From: Mobula hypostoma
Taxonomy: Eukaryota
Assembly: GCF_963921235.1 (NCBI RefSeq)
Contig: NC_086097.1
Location: forward strand, 235,664,001 to 235,728,000
Direction of reading: 5' to 3'
DNA length: 64,000 nt
The notes under the pieces were generated by a model. That model was not told the origin of the DNA. It did not search any database and saw only the letters and a program-made list of their open reading frames with translations. A program made the translations under genes and the position numbers. The number at the start of each line of letters is the position of its first letter. Within the stretch, counting starts at the first letter, position 1. Shown here piece after piece: positions 23,165-34,854 of this stretch.

Positions 23165-23640
23165 AGCATAGCGATTAGTGCAACTCTTTCAGGCGCTAGC
23201 TGTAAAATTAATTGGGGTTCGATTCCAGCCACTGTCTGCAAGGATATTGAAAAAAGATGACGCCAGTGAACAATGTGACCTAAGGCGATGTCCTTCAGAC
23301 AATTCACAAAAATACTTCTTTTACTTCTTTTTCTTTCTAATATGATGGTGTTACTATTGGAACCTGTGATTTTCATATGGGGTTTGATTCTCATTGCTGT
23401 TTCTAAAGAGTTTGTATGTCCTCCCCATGACCACAGGGGTTTCCTCTAGAAGATTCAGTTTCCTCCCGCATTCCGAGGATGTATGGTTAGGTTAATGAGT
23501 AGTGAGCATGCTGCGTTGGTGCTGGCCGCGTGCCGACACTTGTAGGTTGCCCAGCACTATTCTGGCTGATTTAATTTGATGCAAATGATGCGTTTCATTG
23601 TATGTTTCAACGTACATGTGACAAATAAAGCAATTCTTTC
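23165..23640 (+). mobile_element. tRNA-derived V-SINE-like element, interrupted
   Basis: A-box-like TAGCGATTAG, B-box GGTTCGATTCC, V-domain-like GAGTTTGTATGTCCTCCCCATGACC...GGTTTCCTC. Similar copies at ~24350-24600, 56570-56795 and on the minus strand at ~9720-9925 and 32380-32510. Confidence 0.7.
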
Positions 23641-25578
23641 TTTATTTGGGCCATAGGAAGGTGCACTATTTCTTCACCACCAAGTAGGGTCCTAATCAGC
23701 CTCCCAGGTGAGGCAGAGATTGATGCTTGTGATGTGGTCTCATCTTTATCACTGAGACCAAGAGTAAATGAGGGAGCAGTTTTGTAAGGCACCTACACTC
23801 AATCTCCAATAAACTTCTTGAACTCCTGGTTGCATATCAATTCGATTTCCCTTCTCATTCTCACACTAACCTGATTATCCTCATTTATGGTACTGACATA
23901 CTTATGCTAACTGCAAATTTAAAAAAAACAGCTCCTCAATTTCCACTTGGCTCATCTACCGCTCAATGGCATGAAATTTACTTTTCCATTTTCAGGTTAT
24001 CCATAATCCTTGTGATCTGTTCCCACTCCCACAGTCCATCCAGTTTCTCTCTCCCTTTGTACTCTCTTTCCACTCTTCTACATCTTATTAAAACAACTCT
24101 TTAACTCTTCCCATCTGATTTTGTTGAACTGTCACTCACATTCCTATCTACAGTATCTCTTCCCCATTGGATCACATTTCCTAATCCTCCTCTACTTTAT
24201 CTAGTTCTGTCTGCCCATTGTCACAGGTTTGGTTTAGTAAGTTTTGGACATGCTGGGAGATCGGCAGCACTAGCGGGCTGCCCTCAGCACATCCTTGGTG
24301 CAAATGACACACCTCACTGTATGCTTCAATGTTTTGATACACATGATTGCAAAGCAAATAGCACAACGCTGTTACATCCCCAGGCGTGGAACTCGGATTT
24401 CACTTTCTGCCACGCGCTGTAAGAAGTACGTACGTTCTTCCCGTGACCACGAGTTTCCTCTGAGTGCACTTCTCCCACAGTCCAAAGACATACCAGATAG
24501 AAGTTTAATTGCTCATTGTAAACTAGGGTAGATTTTAAGAGGTACGCTGATGGGTGGTTTACCTTACTGTTCTGCACTGTATCTCTAAATAAAATAAAAT
24601 GAGATAAATAAAGCTAATCTATCCTATAATCCCTTCCTTACTTAGTTACACCTATCATCTATCAGTGTTGTCTCAGAGATCCTCATCATCCCTGTATGCC
24701 TCCCTCATCATTTCAATCTCCCCTGCTCTATCTGTTTCTACCAATGACCTACTAGTTTCACCACTCGTTGTCACTCAGTGTTCACTCGGCAGAAGACAAG
24801 CTCGATTGTGGTTGACTGCAAATCTCTGCAGCATTATAGCTTGAGTTTGTACTCTTTTACTGCGTGGTGGTATGTATCTTACTGATACCTTTATGTGCTT
24901 GCTATCTTGGACGTGGTCTGTATGCTTTGTGCTGTGAATGACCTTTGGTACTGTGTTTTGTACCTTGGCCCCAGAGTATTCCTGTTTCGTTTGACTGTAT
25001 TCATGGGCATTCATTAATGGTTGAATGTCAATTAAACTTTAATTGAATTGAATCAAATGTGTATATTAACTATCTTCCCTCAACATTCTCAGTTCTGAGT
25101 GCAGAGACTCAAACCAACACATTACCATCCCTGTCTCTCCACAGATGTTGTTTGACCTGTTGAGTTTTTCCAAAAGTTTATATTTTTGTTGTCTTTTACA
25201 GTATTTGATAATTATAGTCAAAGAAAATGTCACCATTTATGAGAACACTACTATAAGGCAAGTCGGGACATATTTTTATGCTGTTGCTAACAGCGACAAG
25301 TCATGAATGGGGATTGCATAAGAAGCATGGAGATTGCTTAAGTCCTTCTTAAGCGCTTGAGCATTAATCATGTGTTTGTTTATTTATTTGTTTGCTTATT
25401 TATTCATTTATTGTAATGTTTATGATGAATTACACAGCTGCCACAAAACAACAAATTTCACAACATATGTCAGTGATAATAAACCTGATTCTGATTAAAT
25501 CCTGCTTCGTTATCACAGTCACATGCTTATTTTTGTTTCACAAAAATGATGGACCTTGGAGATGTCATTCAATCATTA

Positions 25579-25677
25579 ACACAAAATATTCTGCAGATGC
25601 TGGGGTCAAAGCAACACGCACAAAATGCTGCAGGAACTCAGCAGGTCGACCTGCTGAGTTCCTCCAGCATTTTGTGC
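25579..25677. mobile_element. PLE terminal fragment forming a fold-back palindrome
   Basis: 17-bp TSD ATGTCATTCAATCATTA (25562-25578 and 25678-25694); arms 25618-25647 and 25648-25677 match at 29/30. Confidence 0.9.
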
Positions 25678-25879
25678 ATGTCATTCAATCATTATTTGTT
25701 AATGTTTCAAATATGCTGTGTTTGGAAAATACCACATCCACTACCTTTCATGCAGCATCAAATCAAAACAATGACAATGGGAAAAATCCATGACTTGTGA
25801 AGGCCTCTGGTACGAGATGTAGCAGAATGTGACTTTGCATAGCTCAAGATTTGAACATTGCACCAAATATGTCTCATCC

Positions 25880-26582
25880 AGGAGGGGAGATTTCTAGAGT
25901 ACCTACAAGATGGGTTTTTAGAACAGCTCATGGCTCAGCCTACTAGTGGATTAGTTATTCTGGATTGGGTGTTCTGCAATGAACCAGAATTGATTAGAGA
26001 GTTTAGTAGAGCTTAAGATGAAAGTATTATCAAATTTACCCTAAAATTTGAGAAGAAGCTAAAGTAATGTTGTGTCAGTCTTCAGTGAGGAAAACACCAG
26101 CAATATAGTGGAAGTTCCAGGTATCAGGAGTCATTAAGTATATAGAGTTGCCGTAACTAGAGAGAAGGTTCTTAGGAAACCGAAAGGTCTGAAGTTAGAT
26201 GTGTCACTTGGGCCAGATGGTGTACACCCCGAGGTTTTGAAAGAGGCTGAAAAGATTGTGGAAGCTTTAATAATGATCTTTCAAGAATTACTAGTTTCTG
26301 GAAAGGTTCCAGATGACAGAAAAATTGCAAATGTCACTCCACTCTTCATGAAAGGAGAGAGGCAGAAGAAAGGAAACTATAGATGTCTGTTAGTCAGTTA
26401 GTCTGATCTTAGTGGCTGGGAAGATGTTGGAGTCAATTATTAAGGATGAGGTTGCAGGGTACTTGGGAGGCACATGATAAAATAGGCTGTGGTCAACACT
26501 GTCTCCTCAAGGGAAAAACTTGCCTGACAAATCTGTTGGAATTCTTTAAAGAAATAACAAGCAGGATAGACAAAGGAGAATC
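25880..26582 (+). mobile_element. CR1 LINE internal fragments (endonuclease to RT N-terminus, with deletions)
   Basis: SLGPDGVHPEVLKE...KVPDDRKIANVTPLFMKGERQKKGNYR; KTCLTNLLEFF. Confidence 0.85.
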
Positions 26583-26624
26583 ACGAAAACTGTGAATAAG
26601 CATTTTATTTTAAAAAATAGAAGA

Positions 26625-27306
26625 ATGTTCTTGGGTTCAATGTCCATTTGGGAATCGTATGGCAGAGGGGAAGAAGCTGTTTCTGAATTGCTGAGTGTAT
26701 GCCTTCAAGCTTCTGTATCTTCTACCTGATGGTAACAGTGAGAAGAGGGCATGTCCGGGGTGGTGGGGATCCTTAATAATATATGTTGCCTTTCTGAGGC
26801 ATCACTCCTTGAATATCTCTTGGATACAATGGAGGCTAATACTCAAGATGGATCTGAATAATTTTACAACTTTCTCTAGTTTATTTCAGTCCCATGCAGT
26901 AGTCACCTCCCCTCCCCATACCAGACAGTGGTGCAGCCTGTCACAATGCTCTCCAGAGTACATCTGTAGAAATTTTCGAGTGTTTTAGGTGACAACCGAA
27001 TCTCTTCAAACTCCTAATGGAATATAGCCACAATCTTGCCCTCTTTATAGCTGCATCGATTTGTTGGGACCAAGATAGATCCCAGAGATCCTAACACCCA
27101 GGAATGTGAAATTGCTCGCTCTCTCCACTTCTGACCCCTCGATGAGTATTGGTTCATGTTCCCTCCTCTTGCCCTTCCTGGAGTCTTCAATCAGCTCTTT
27201 CATCTTACTGACATTGAGTGCAAGATTGTTGCAGCAACACCACTCAGCCAGCTGGTATATTTTGCTCCTCTATGCCCTCTCATCCCCGTCATTGGTTGTA
27301 TCATCA
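26625..27306 (-). mobile_element. Rex1/Babar-like LINE fragment
   Basis: Reverse complement of the HPGHALFSLLPSGRR-type 3' end and RT (KFADDT; NNLALNVSKMKELI). Confidence 0.75.
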
Positions 27307-27317
27307 GCAAATCTATA

Positions 27318-27545
27318 ACGTCAGTCGCATCCGGAATTTTTCCGGGTAGCAGACGACTTCCTCCCATGCCGTTCTAACCTAGTTGGAATTTGCATACGAA
27401 GCTAGTTACAGCAGCAGTTTGCCATTGCTTTCTGCCGGGTGAGTATTTTTTCAAAGAGATCACCAGCTGTTAACCCTGCATGGATGGAAAGCGTGCCAGG
27501 GGGCCCCGCAGTCCAGCTGATGCCACTACGCCACTAGCCGGGATG
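27318..27545 (-). mobile_element. CpG-rich tRNA-headed SINE with deleted B-box
   Basis: 11-bp TSD GCAAATCTATA (27307-27317 and 27546-27556). Minus strand starts CATCCCGGCTAGTGGCGTAGTGG (A-box); GCAATGGCAAAC segment. Confidence 0.7.
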
Positions 27546-27639
27546 GCAAATCTATAGCCATGATGAAATAGCAGAGCAGACTTGATGGGTCAGGTGTCCT
27601 AATTCTGCTCCTATATCTCAAGGTCTTATGGTGTTAAAT

Positions 27640-28635
27640 CGTTAAAAAGACATGAAAAGGACAAACTGCCATATAACTGAGTAACAATTTATGTATTTAA
27701 ATGAAGTACAGAAAAAGTTTGAATACTAGCAATGCTACTACGGTACTATAAAACTGTGTGTTACGTCCTAAAAGTTATCAATGGAGAAATTCATACAGTT
27801 TACGCTGCCACATGCTTTTGATTGATAGTAAATTAACAAAATCTGTGCAGACACTGAGTGCAGATAATATGATGCTTTCTTTGAAACTGATAGTGTTTCG
27901 AGTTTGTAGCCAATGTGGCATGATAAGAAATCCTGTTTCATTGGCATGGTAGATATCATCTGCACAAAGTTTTTGAAACAAGTCGGGAGAGATTTGTAGA
28001 TGTCCATGTTTTTGCACTTGCAGATCAACACTACCTTTCTTGCCATGTGCCTCCTTGAATTTAATGTGGTGCCAAAATTTCCATTGAGACAACCAATCAT
28101 CTGTTGCTTTAAAAGTTTTGTGATCAGCTTCTTAGCTAGCTCCTCTATTGATGAGGACCTCTTCAACAACTGAATCCTTATCTTCATGTTTTTGTTTTTG
28201 GGATGATACCTGTTGTCCCTTGTGTAATGTTCATTCTTTATTGCGTGCAATTATAGATTTCAGCACTCCAGTTATCTCTGCCGGCTTCTGCTGTGTATTG
28301 TCAGGCAGATGGCTTTTAAATTGTTCCAGTAGGCCAATTTTTTTAGCTAGTGTCAAATCTTTTTGTGGCATCTTGGGAGGGTCTGAAATTTTTTCAAGTC
28401 AAAATAAAAAACAAAATGATCAAAAATCACTGCTTTTTAAATTGGTGTCCATCATCCCAAATGGGTAACATAGCACAAGCACACACAACTGATGCTATTT
28501 AAAAATGGTTTGTTGTAAGCACGGTGCTCTGTCTAACAGCCACAAGTGCACACAACTGACACTAGTTAGAGACTGCTCGACAACAGTCTCCATACTAATT
28601 AATTGGCCTGGTGCCCCAAATAAACAAAGGGAATC
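27640..28635 (-). mobile_element. Tigger/pogo DNA transposon remnant
   Basis: IEELAKKL...WLSQWKFWHHIKFKEAHGKKGSVD...ADDIYHANETG (CENP-B-type HTH leading into the first DDE motif, IYNADETG-like). Confidence 0.8.
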
Positions 28636-28639
28636 AAAG

Positions 28640-29270
28640 TTCAAAGCAGATTTTATTACCAAAATGCATACAGTATATGTCACCATTAACAACTCTGCGA
28701 ATCATTTTCTTGTGGGCATACTCAACAAATCCAAATAATAATAACGAAAACAGAATCAATGATAGACCACCCAACTAGGGCATTCAACCAGAGTGCAGAA
28801 GACCCCAAACTATACAAATACAAAAGGAAGAAACAATAATAATAATGAAATAAGCAATAGATATTGAGAACATGAGATGAAGAGACCTTGAAAGTGAATC
28901 CATTAGTTGTCGGAGCATTTCAATGATGGGGCAAGTGATGCAAAATGACGTTATCACCTTTGGTTTAAGAGTCTGATAGATGAGGGGGTAACTGTTCCTG
29001 AACGTGGTGGTGTGAGTCTTGAGGCTCTTCTACCTTCTTCCTGATGGCAGCAGTGCAAAAAGAGCATATCCTGGGTGGTGGCGGTCCCTGATAATGGATA
29101 TTGCTTTCCTGCTACAGCATTTCATGCAGATGTTCTCAGTGGTGGGGAAGAATTTACCTGTGCTGGACGAGGCCAAATTCACTACTTTTTCTATGAATTT
29201 TCCATTCAAGAGCATTGGTGATTCCATAAAAAGCTGTGATTCAGCCAGCTATATGTTTATCAAAATTTTA
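28640..29270 (-). mobile_element. Rex1/Babar-like LINE 3' end
   Basis: ORF 29030-29227(-) CCSRKAISIIRDRHHPGYALFALLPSGRR; (TTTGAAC)-type tail. Confidence 0.8.
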
Positions 29271-30489
29271 AGTGTTATTTTCTAGCTATTTTCTCAATTC
29301 GGATTTGACTTTAAGGGTTATGTCAATTAAGTGGCTGCTCCAAAGAAACAATGGCCCTATTAACCTGAATCTACTGTTCTGCTTTGATAGTTTCTGGAAG
29401 TTCAGAAATTCAGCAGTCATAAAGAGTGTTTACCACTATGGAGCAACCAAGTCACCGAGAGGAAGTGACTTCATGCAATCATAACCATACTTTCTTCAAC
29501 TTTCATTACAACCAACTTTCTGAGGATTTTTACCTGGGAAATCCAAGTGTGAATAAATATTATGGCTGAGATTAGACTTCAGTTTTCAAGCTGAGTCTAA
29601 TACTGTGGTATTGTAACTACTCAACTGATTCTATGTGTAATCTTTCTTATAGAGAAGGTTTCTAATATGTGTTTGCTCATCACTTTAATACAGTTTATGC
29701 TGTCACGGTGTCTCGGCCCCGAACTCAGCAATGTTGCAATATGTCTCCAGAGATAACTTTAATTGAACGATGCAGCATGAGTAGTGAAGGCTATTTTGCA
29801 AACAGTCCCACACAAATGCTTAAACTATTATAAACTTTATTAGGTAGTCAAAGAAGAGTCTCTCAGCAAGCTAATTTCATGAATATAGGATTATAAGAGT
29901 GCATGACAGTCATGCTAATGGTTACTATTATATCCTTAGGATTGGCAATTTGGTCAGTAGTTGCAAGTGGGGTTATAGGGACAGATTATATTCTGAGAAT
30001 TTAGGTCTAACAGCTTTTTTATATAATTCTTTTCAATGAGGAGCAGAAATGGCCTTCGCAGTCCTTGCCCTTATTCTGGTGAATGTAACCTCAGACATTT
30101 AGAAATCAACAGGCATGTCATTAGATATAGATGACTTCCTTAGAAATTCTTGCTAGGTTCAGAGCTTAATCACTTGCATTCTTATAAAACTGAGCCATGT
30201 AAAAGGCTGGCTTAATGAATAGTAAAATACTGCACTTATACAATTGATACAGCTCGCGGGACTACAGCAATCTTCAAAACTGTGACATTACGCACATTAG
30301 AGAGTATTCACACTCGATCACGAAGAAATAAACTGCATTTTTTTTAATAGTTAATAAATAATGGAACTATCTCATTTTATGCTTAGCCAAACAGATCAGG
30401 GAGAAAGATTTGACTGACCTCAGCAATCTCAAGGGCAGAATTAGCAGAAAGTTTCTCTTCTGACCAGTCTTCAGGGACTCTGGTTTGAA

Positions 30490-30725
30490 GTGTGCGGATA
30501 CAGACTCGGAATAGAGGGATGTCCATTTAAAACAGTGCAGAGGAGAAATTTCTTTAGCCAGAGCACGGTGAATCTGTGGAATTCGTTGGCATGGGGTGGC
30601 TGTGGAAGCCAAGTCACTGGATATATTTCAGGCAGAAAAATAGATCCGCATGATGAAATGGTGGAGCAGACTTGGTGGACCAAATGGCCTAATTCTGTTC
30701 CTATATCTTATGGTTTTATGGTCTT
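30490..30725 (+). mobile_element. CR1 3' fragment
   Basis: GCPFKTVQRRNFFSQSTVNLWNSL; 3'UTR. Confidence 0.8.
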
Positions 30726-30809
30726 ATATCAATGATAGAAGAAAAGTGAAGTAAACAAAATTAAATCACCCCCAATAATAATTCTACTAACACATAGTCA
30801 ATTACTTTT

Positions 30810-31610
30810 GCAGGAACTCCAAGCATCGTTTCTGTCACTAAAATATATATAAACTAAGATAGTTAAATTAAATAAGTAGTGCAAAAATGAAAATAATAGT
30901 AATGAGGTAGTGTACATAGGTTCAATTTCCATTCCGAAATCTGATGGCAGTGAGGAAGAGGCTGTTTCTGAATTGTTGAGTGCATCCTTCAGGCTCACAC
31001 TCAGATGGAACAGAGTAAAGTGTACAGTTACAAAAAAAGTGCATTGTACATAGACAATAAGGTCAGAATTAGGTAGATTCTGAGGTCAAGAGTCAATCTT
31101 ATTGTACCAGAGAACCGTTCATTGTCATATATTGAATAGAATAGAAGCTATCCTTGAGCTTGGTGGTACAAGCGTTCAGGTTTTTGTGTCATCTTCACAA
31201 TGGGAAGGGGAGGAAGAGAGAATGTCAGGGTGGGTGAATCCTTGAATATGTTAACTGCTTTACTGAGGCAGTGAGAAATATAGACAGAGACCTTGGAGGG
31301 GGAGGCTGGTTTCCATGATGAGCTGAGCTGTGTCCGCAATTCTACAGTCCTTTTTTTTTTAGAGTCACAGGCAGCACACTTAGCATACCAAGTCATGATT
31401 ATCTGTAGAAATTGGTGAGGGTCAAAGGAGAAATGCCAAAACTCTTTGGCCTCCTAAGGATGTAGAAGCACTGGTGAGCATTCTTTGCTGTTGTGTCAGC
31501 GTAACTGGATAGGCTACAGGTGATGTTCACTCCTAGGAACTCGAAATAGTCAACTCTCTCAACCTCAGCACAGTTGATGTAGACAGCAGTACGTGCATGC
31601 AACACCCACC
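30810..31610 (-). mobile_element. Rex1/Babar-like degraded fragments
   Basis: ORF 31399-31605(-) EVERVDYFEFLGVNIT...AHQCFYILRRPKSFG. Confidence 0.7.
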
Positions 31611-31750
31611 TGAAGTTGATGATGAAGATAAAGATTAGCTTTATTTGTCACAAGTATATCCAAACAAAACATGCAGTGAAATGTATCATTTGCATCAATG
31701 ACCAACACAGCCCAAAGAAGGGCAGCCCGCAAGTGTAGCCATGCTTCCAG

Positions 31751-32345
31751 ACCACACCTGGAGTTTGGTGAGACCACACCTGGAGTATTGTGTGCAGTTT
31801 TGGTCCCCTAATCTGAGGAAAGACATCCTTGCCTTAGAGGGAGTACAAAGAAGGTTCACCAGATTGATTCCTGGGATGGCAGGACTTTCATATGATGAAA
31901 GACTGGATCAACTAGGCTTATACTCATTGGAATTTAGAAGATTGAGGAGGGATCTTATTGAAACGTATAAAATCCTAAAGAGATTGGACAGGCTAGATGC
32001 AGGAAGATTGTTCCCGATGTTGGGGAAGTCCAGAACGAGGGGTCACAGTTTGAGGTTAAAGGGGAAGGCTTTTAGGACCGAGATGAGGAAAAACTTCTTC
32101 ACACAGAGAGAGGTGAGTCTGGAATTCTCTGCCACAGGAAACAGTTGAGGCCAGTTCATTGGCTACATTTAAGAGGGAGTTAGATATGGCCCTTGTGGCT
32201 AAAGGGATCAGGGGGTATGGAGAGAAGGCAGGTACAGGGTTCTGAGTTGGATGATCAGCCATGATCATACTGAATGGTGGTGCAGGCTCGAAGGGCCGAA
32301 TGGCCTACTCCTGCACCTATTTTCTATGTTTCTATGTTTCTATGT
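31751..32345 (+). mobile_element. Young CR1 3' fragment (same family as 16446-17524)
   Basis: LVRPHLEYCVQFWSPNLRKDILALEGVQRRFTRLIPG...; (TTTCTATG)n tail; flanking TTCCAG repeat. Confidence 0.95.
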
Positions 32346-32524
32346 TTCCAGCACCAACGAAGCATGCCGGCAAATTATCAACTCCAACCCGAATGCACTT
32401 CAAAGGTGGGAGAAAACTGGAGCATCCTGGAGAAACCCATATGGTTGTGTGGAATGTACAAATTCCTTACAGTCTGCAGTGGGAATTCATCACTGGTGTG
32501 CTATGAAGCCGCTGTGGCTATCCC

Positions 32525-33050
32525 TCGAAGTCGAGGATGATGGTCTTCGTTCTGTTGATCTACTTATGGGCTCTCAAGTGGCTTATGAGTCCAATCTTGG
32601 CTTTGAAAGTTCTTCCGTATTCAGGACAGGTAGTTCCAGATGGCAGATCGGGCTTTGGTTGTTGCTGCCTCTCTTTCCATTTTCTTCTCTTTTCTTCTAA
32701 TTCTGCACATCTGTTGGCTTCGAAAGTTGCTGTTCCTTCTTGGCTGATGGCTTGCCAGAGTTTCCTGTCCTTGGCACTGGTTTACCAGTTGTTGATGTCG
32801 ATGTTACATTTCTTCATGTTGGCTTTTAAGACGTCTTTGCATCTCTTCTGTTGTCCGCCTCTTATACGTTTGCCTTCTTTAAGCTGGGAGTAGAAGATTT
32901 GTTTCGGCAGACGTTCATCTTTCATCCGAACAACATGACCGCACCATCTTAGTTGGTTCTTGATGACGTAGGCTTCAATGCTTGTTGCTTGTTGAACGTC
33001 TCCAAACAAGAGTCTTTCATGATCGTGACATCCGAACAGTTGTAACAAGG
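32525..33050 (-). mobile_element. RTE (BovB-like) LINE 3' end
   Basis: [54 protein letters not shown]-terminal C-x2-C...H-x3-H-like segment (CHLELPVLNTEELSKPRLDS region frameshifted). Confidence 0.88.
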
Positions 33051-33654
33051 GTGTCGTCTGAAGTTAAGCTGAGATTGTAATGGCAAGAACTGTTTTTTAA
33101 ATTTATTTTGATTCCCTCTTTCTGCAATAAAACATCTAAAACAGATAAAGGAATTTAAGATGCGAAAATGTATTTGTTGTCTAGCGTGTGTACTTTTCCC
33201 CAGACTGCAAAATAAATTATCATTTTTTCATGATTAGGTACTATTAACTGTTATTGAGCATAATTTATTAAGTACAAATTTCATGGATTTACAATTAACT
33301 AATTGGATTCATCATCAATTTGTAATTTCGCCATCATCATCCACATCTTCAGAAGGCGATGCCTCAAGAATGTGGCATCCATCATTAAAGACCCTCACTA
33401 TCATTCCTCTCATTACCACTATCAGGGAGGAGGTACAGGGGCCTGAAGACCCACACACAAGATTTAAGCAGCATCATCAGATTTCTGAACAGTCCATGAA
33501 CCCATGAGCACAGCCTCACTTTTCCTCTTTTGTACTATTAATTTCTAAATTTTTTATTCTAATTTATAGCAACTTTTTATGTGTTGCACTGTACTAATTC
33601 TGCAAAACATCAAATATCATGACAATAATAATAAAATTTGATTCTGATCCAATA

Positions 33655-34541
33655 CATGTTGAGTACCTTTTATCCGAAATTTCCAAACCTCTGAAATACA
33701 ATTTTTTAAATGCTGACATGATGTCACCAAATGGAAAATTCCACAAGATACTGGGAAGCGTCCCTGGCAATGTGCAGGTCTCTGCACACCACAGACAGTT
33801 CTGAGAAGTCACCTCACATGTGTAATGAACAGCAGTAAATGAAAAATAGATAAACACTGCGTAAAGTGAAAAATAAATATCTCGGTCATGTATTGAAAGA
33901 GTCAATTTGTCAGCGTCAGAGTGAACATATGCCACTTAATGGTTTACTGATCATGAAATAAGCAAAAATCTATCACAATGAACTGAAAATTGAAGGTAAT
34001 TGTGAATATTCAGCAGGCTGGTTGCTGAAATTTAAGAAAAGGAAAGGCATTAAATTTTTAAAGTCTCTACTGACCATGAAGCAGCAGAGGAATTCATTGA
34101 GTTTGCCGAGATTGTCGCTGGTGAAAATCTAACAGCAGAACAAGTCTACAATGCTGATTGTTTTATACCTAAAAAATTAAAATACAAATTCAGTGTACTG
34201 TAAATTTTTAACCAAAACACAGCATCATAAGTGGAGACTGAAAGCCTGCCATTGTTTATTGTCGTTCAACAGCTGAATCAGGTATTGTCCTGAACCTGCT
34301 GTGCTGCTGTTGTTACCCTGCACACTTTATATTTTCATTATTTTAATGGTATGTAATCATTTTTACTGTAAGGTACATGTGTGTGATGAATGAGTGAAAT
34401 AAGACAGAGACTGCTTACTGGTAGTACATAAATGCAGAGGAGGAAATGATGGTAATTCCAAGTTATCTCATTATATAATCCAAAATCCGAAATCAGAATT
34501 ACTTGTGGCCCAAATATTTCAGATAAAGGGTACTCAACCTG
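33655..34541 (+). mobile_element. Tigger/pogo internally deleted element
   Basis: TIRs CATGTTGAGTACCTTTTATCCGAAAT and ATTTCAGATAAAGGGTACTCAACCTG (23/26), TA on both sides; internal remnant FKKRKGIKFLK...DHEAAEEFIEFAEIVAGENLTAEQVYNAD. Confidence 0.88.
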
Positions 34542-34854
34542 TATTAATAAACAAAGATCTTTACTTGCCTCCATAAAATCAACTTTAAAGTCCACATCCC
34601 TCAGTACCACTATCTCCAACAAATGACCTGAACATTTAGCCTGAATAGTCCATCAATGGCTGTACTTAATCCCAGCACAAATTAGCTTTTGTAGCAATGC
34701 AGTGAGAAGGCTCAACATCTGTCCTAAACCACTGACCTCTGCCTGCCTCACTGTGTGATATGGAAACTGCACTATGGCAGACAGGAGGGCTCTGCCCAAC
34801 ACAACACCAGCACTTGCTACCTACCATCAAGAAAGCTGCTGGAAAAAGGCAGTG

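Noticed and set aside
23165..23250. tRNA gene
   Set aside because: A/B-box-like motifs belong to a SINE head; there is no complete cloverleaf or terminator.
30385..30463. Possible exon KQIREKDLTDLSNLKGRISRKFLF*
   Set aside because: Only a plausible acceptor; no recognised homology and no linked exons.
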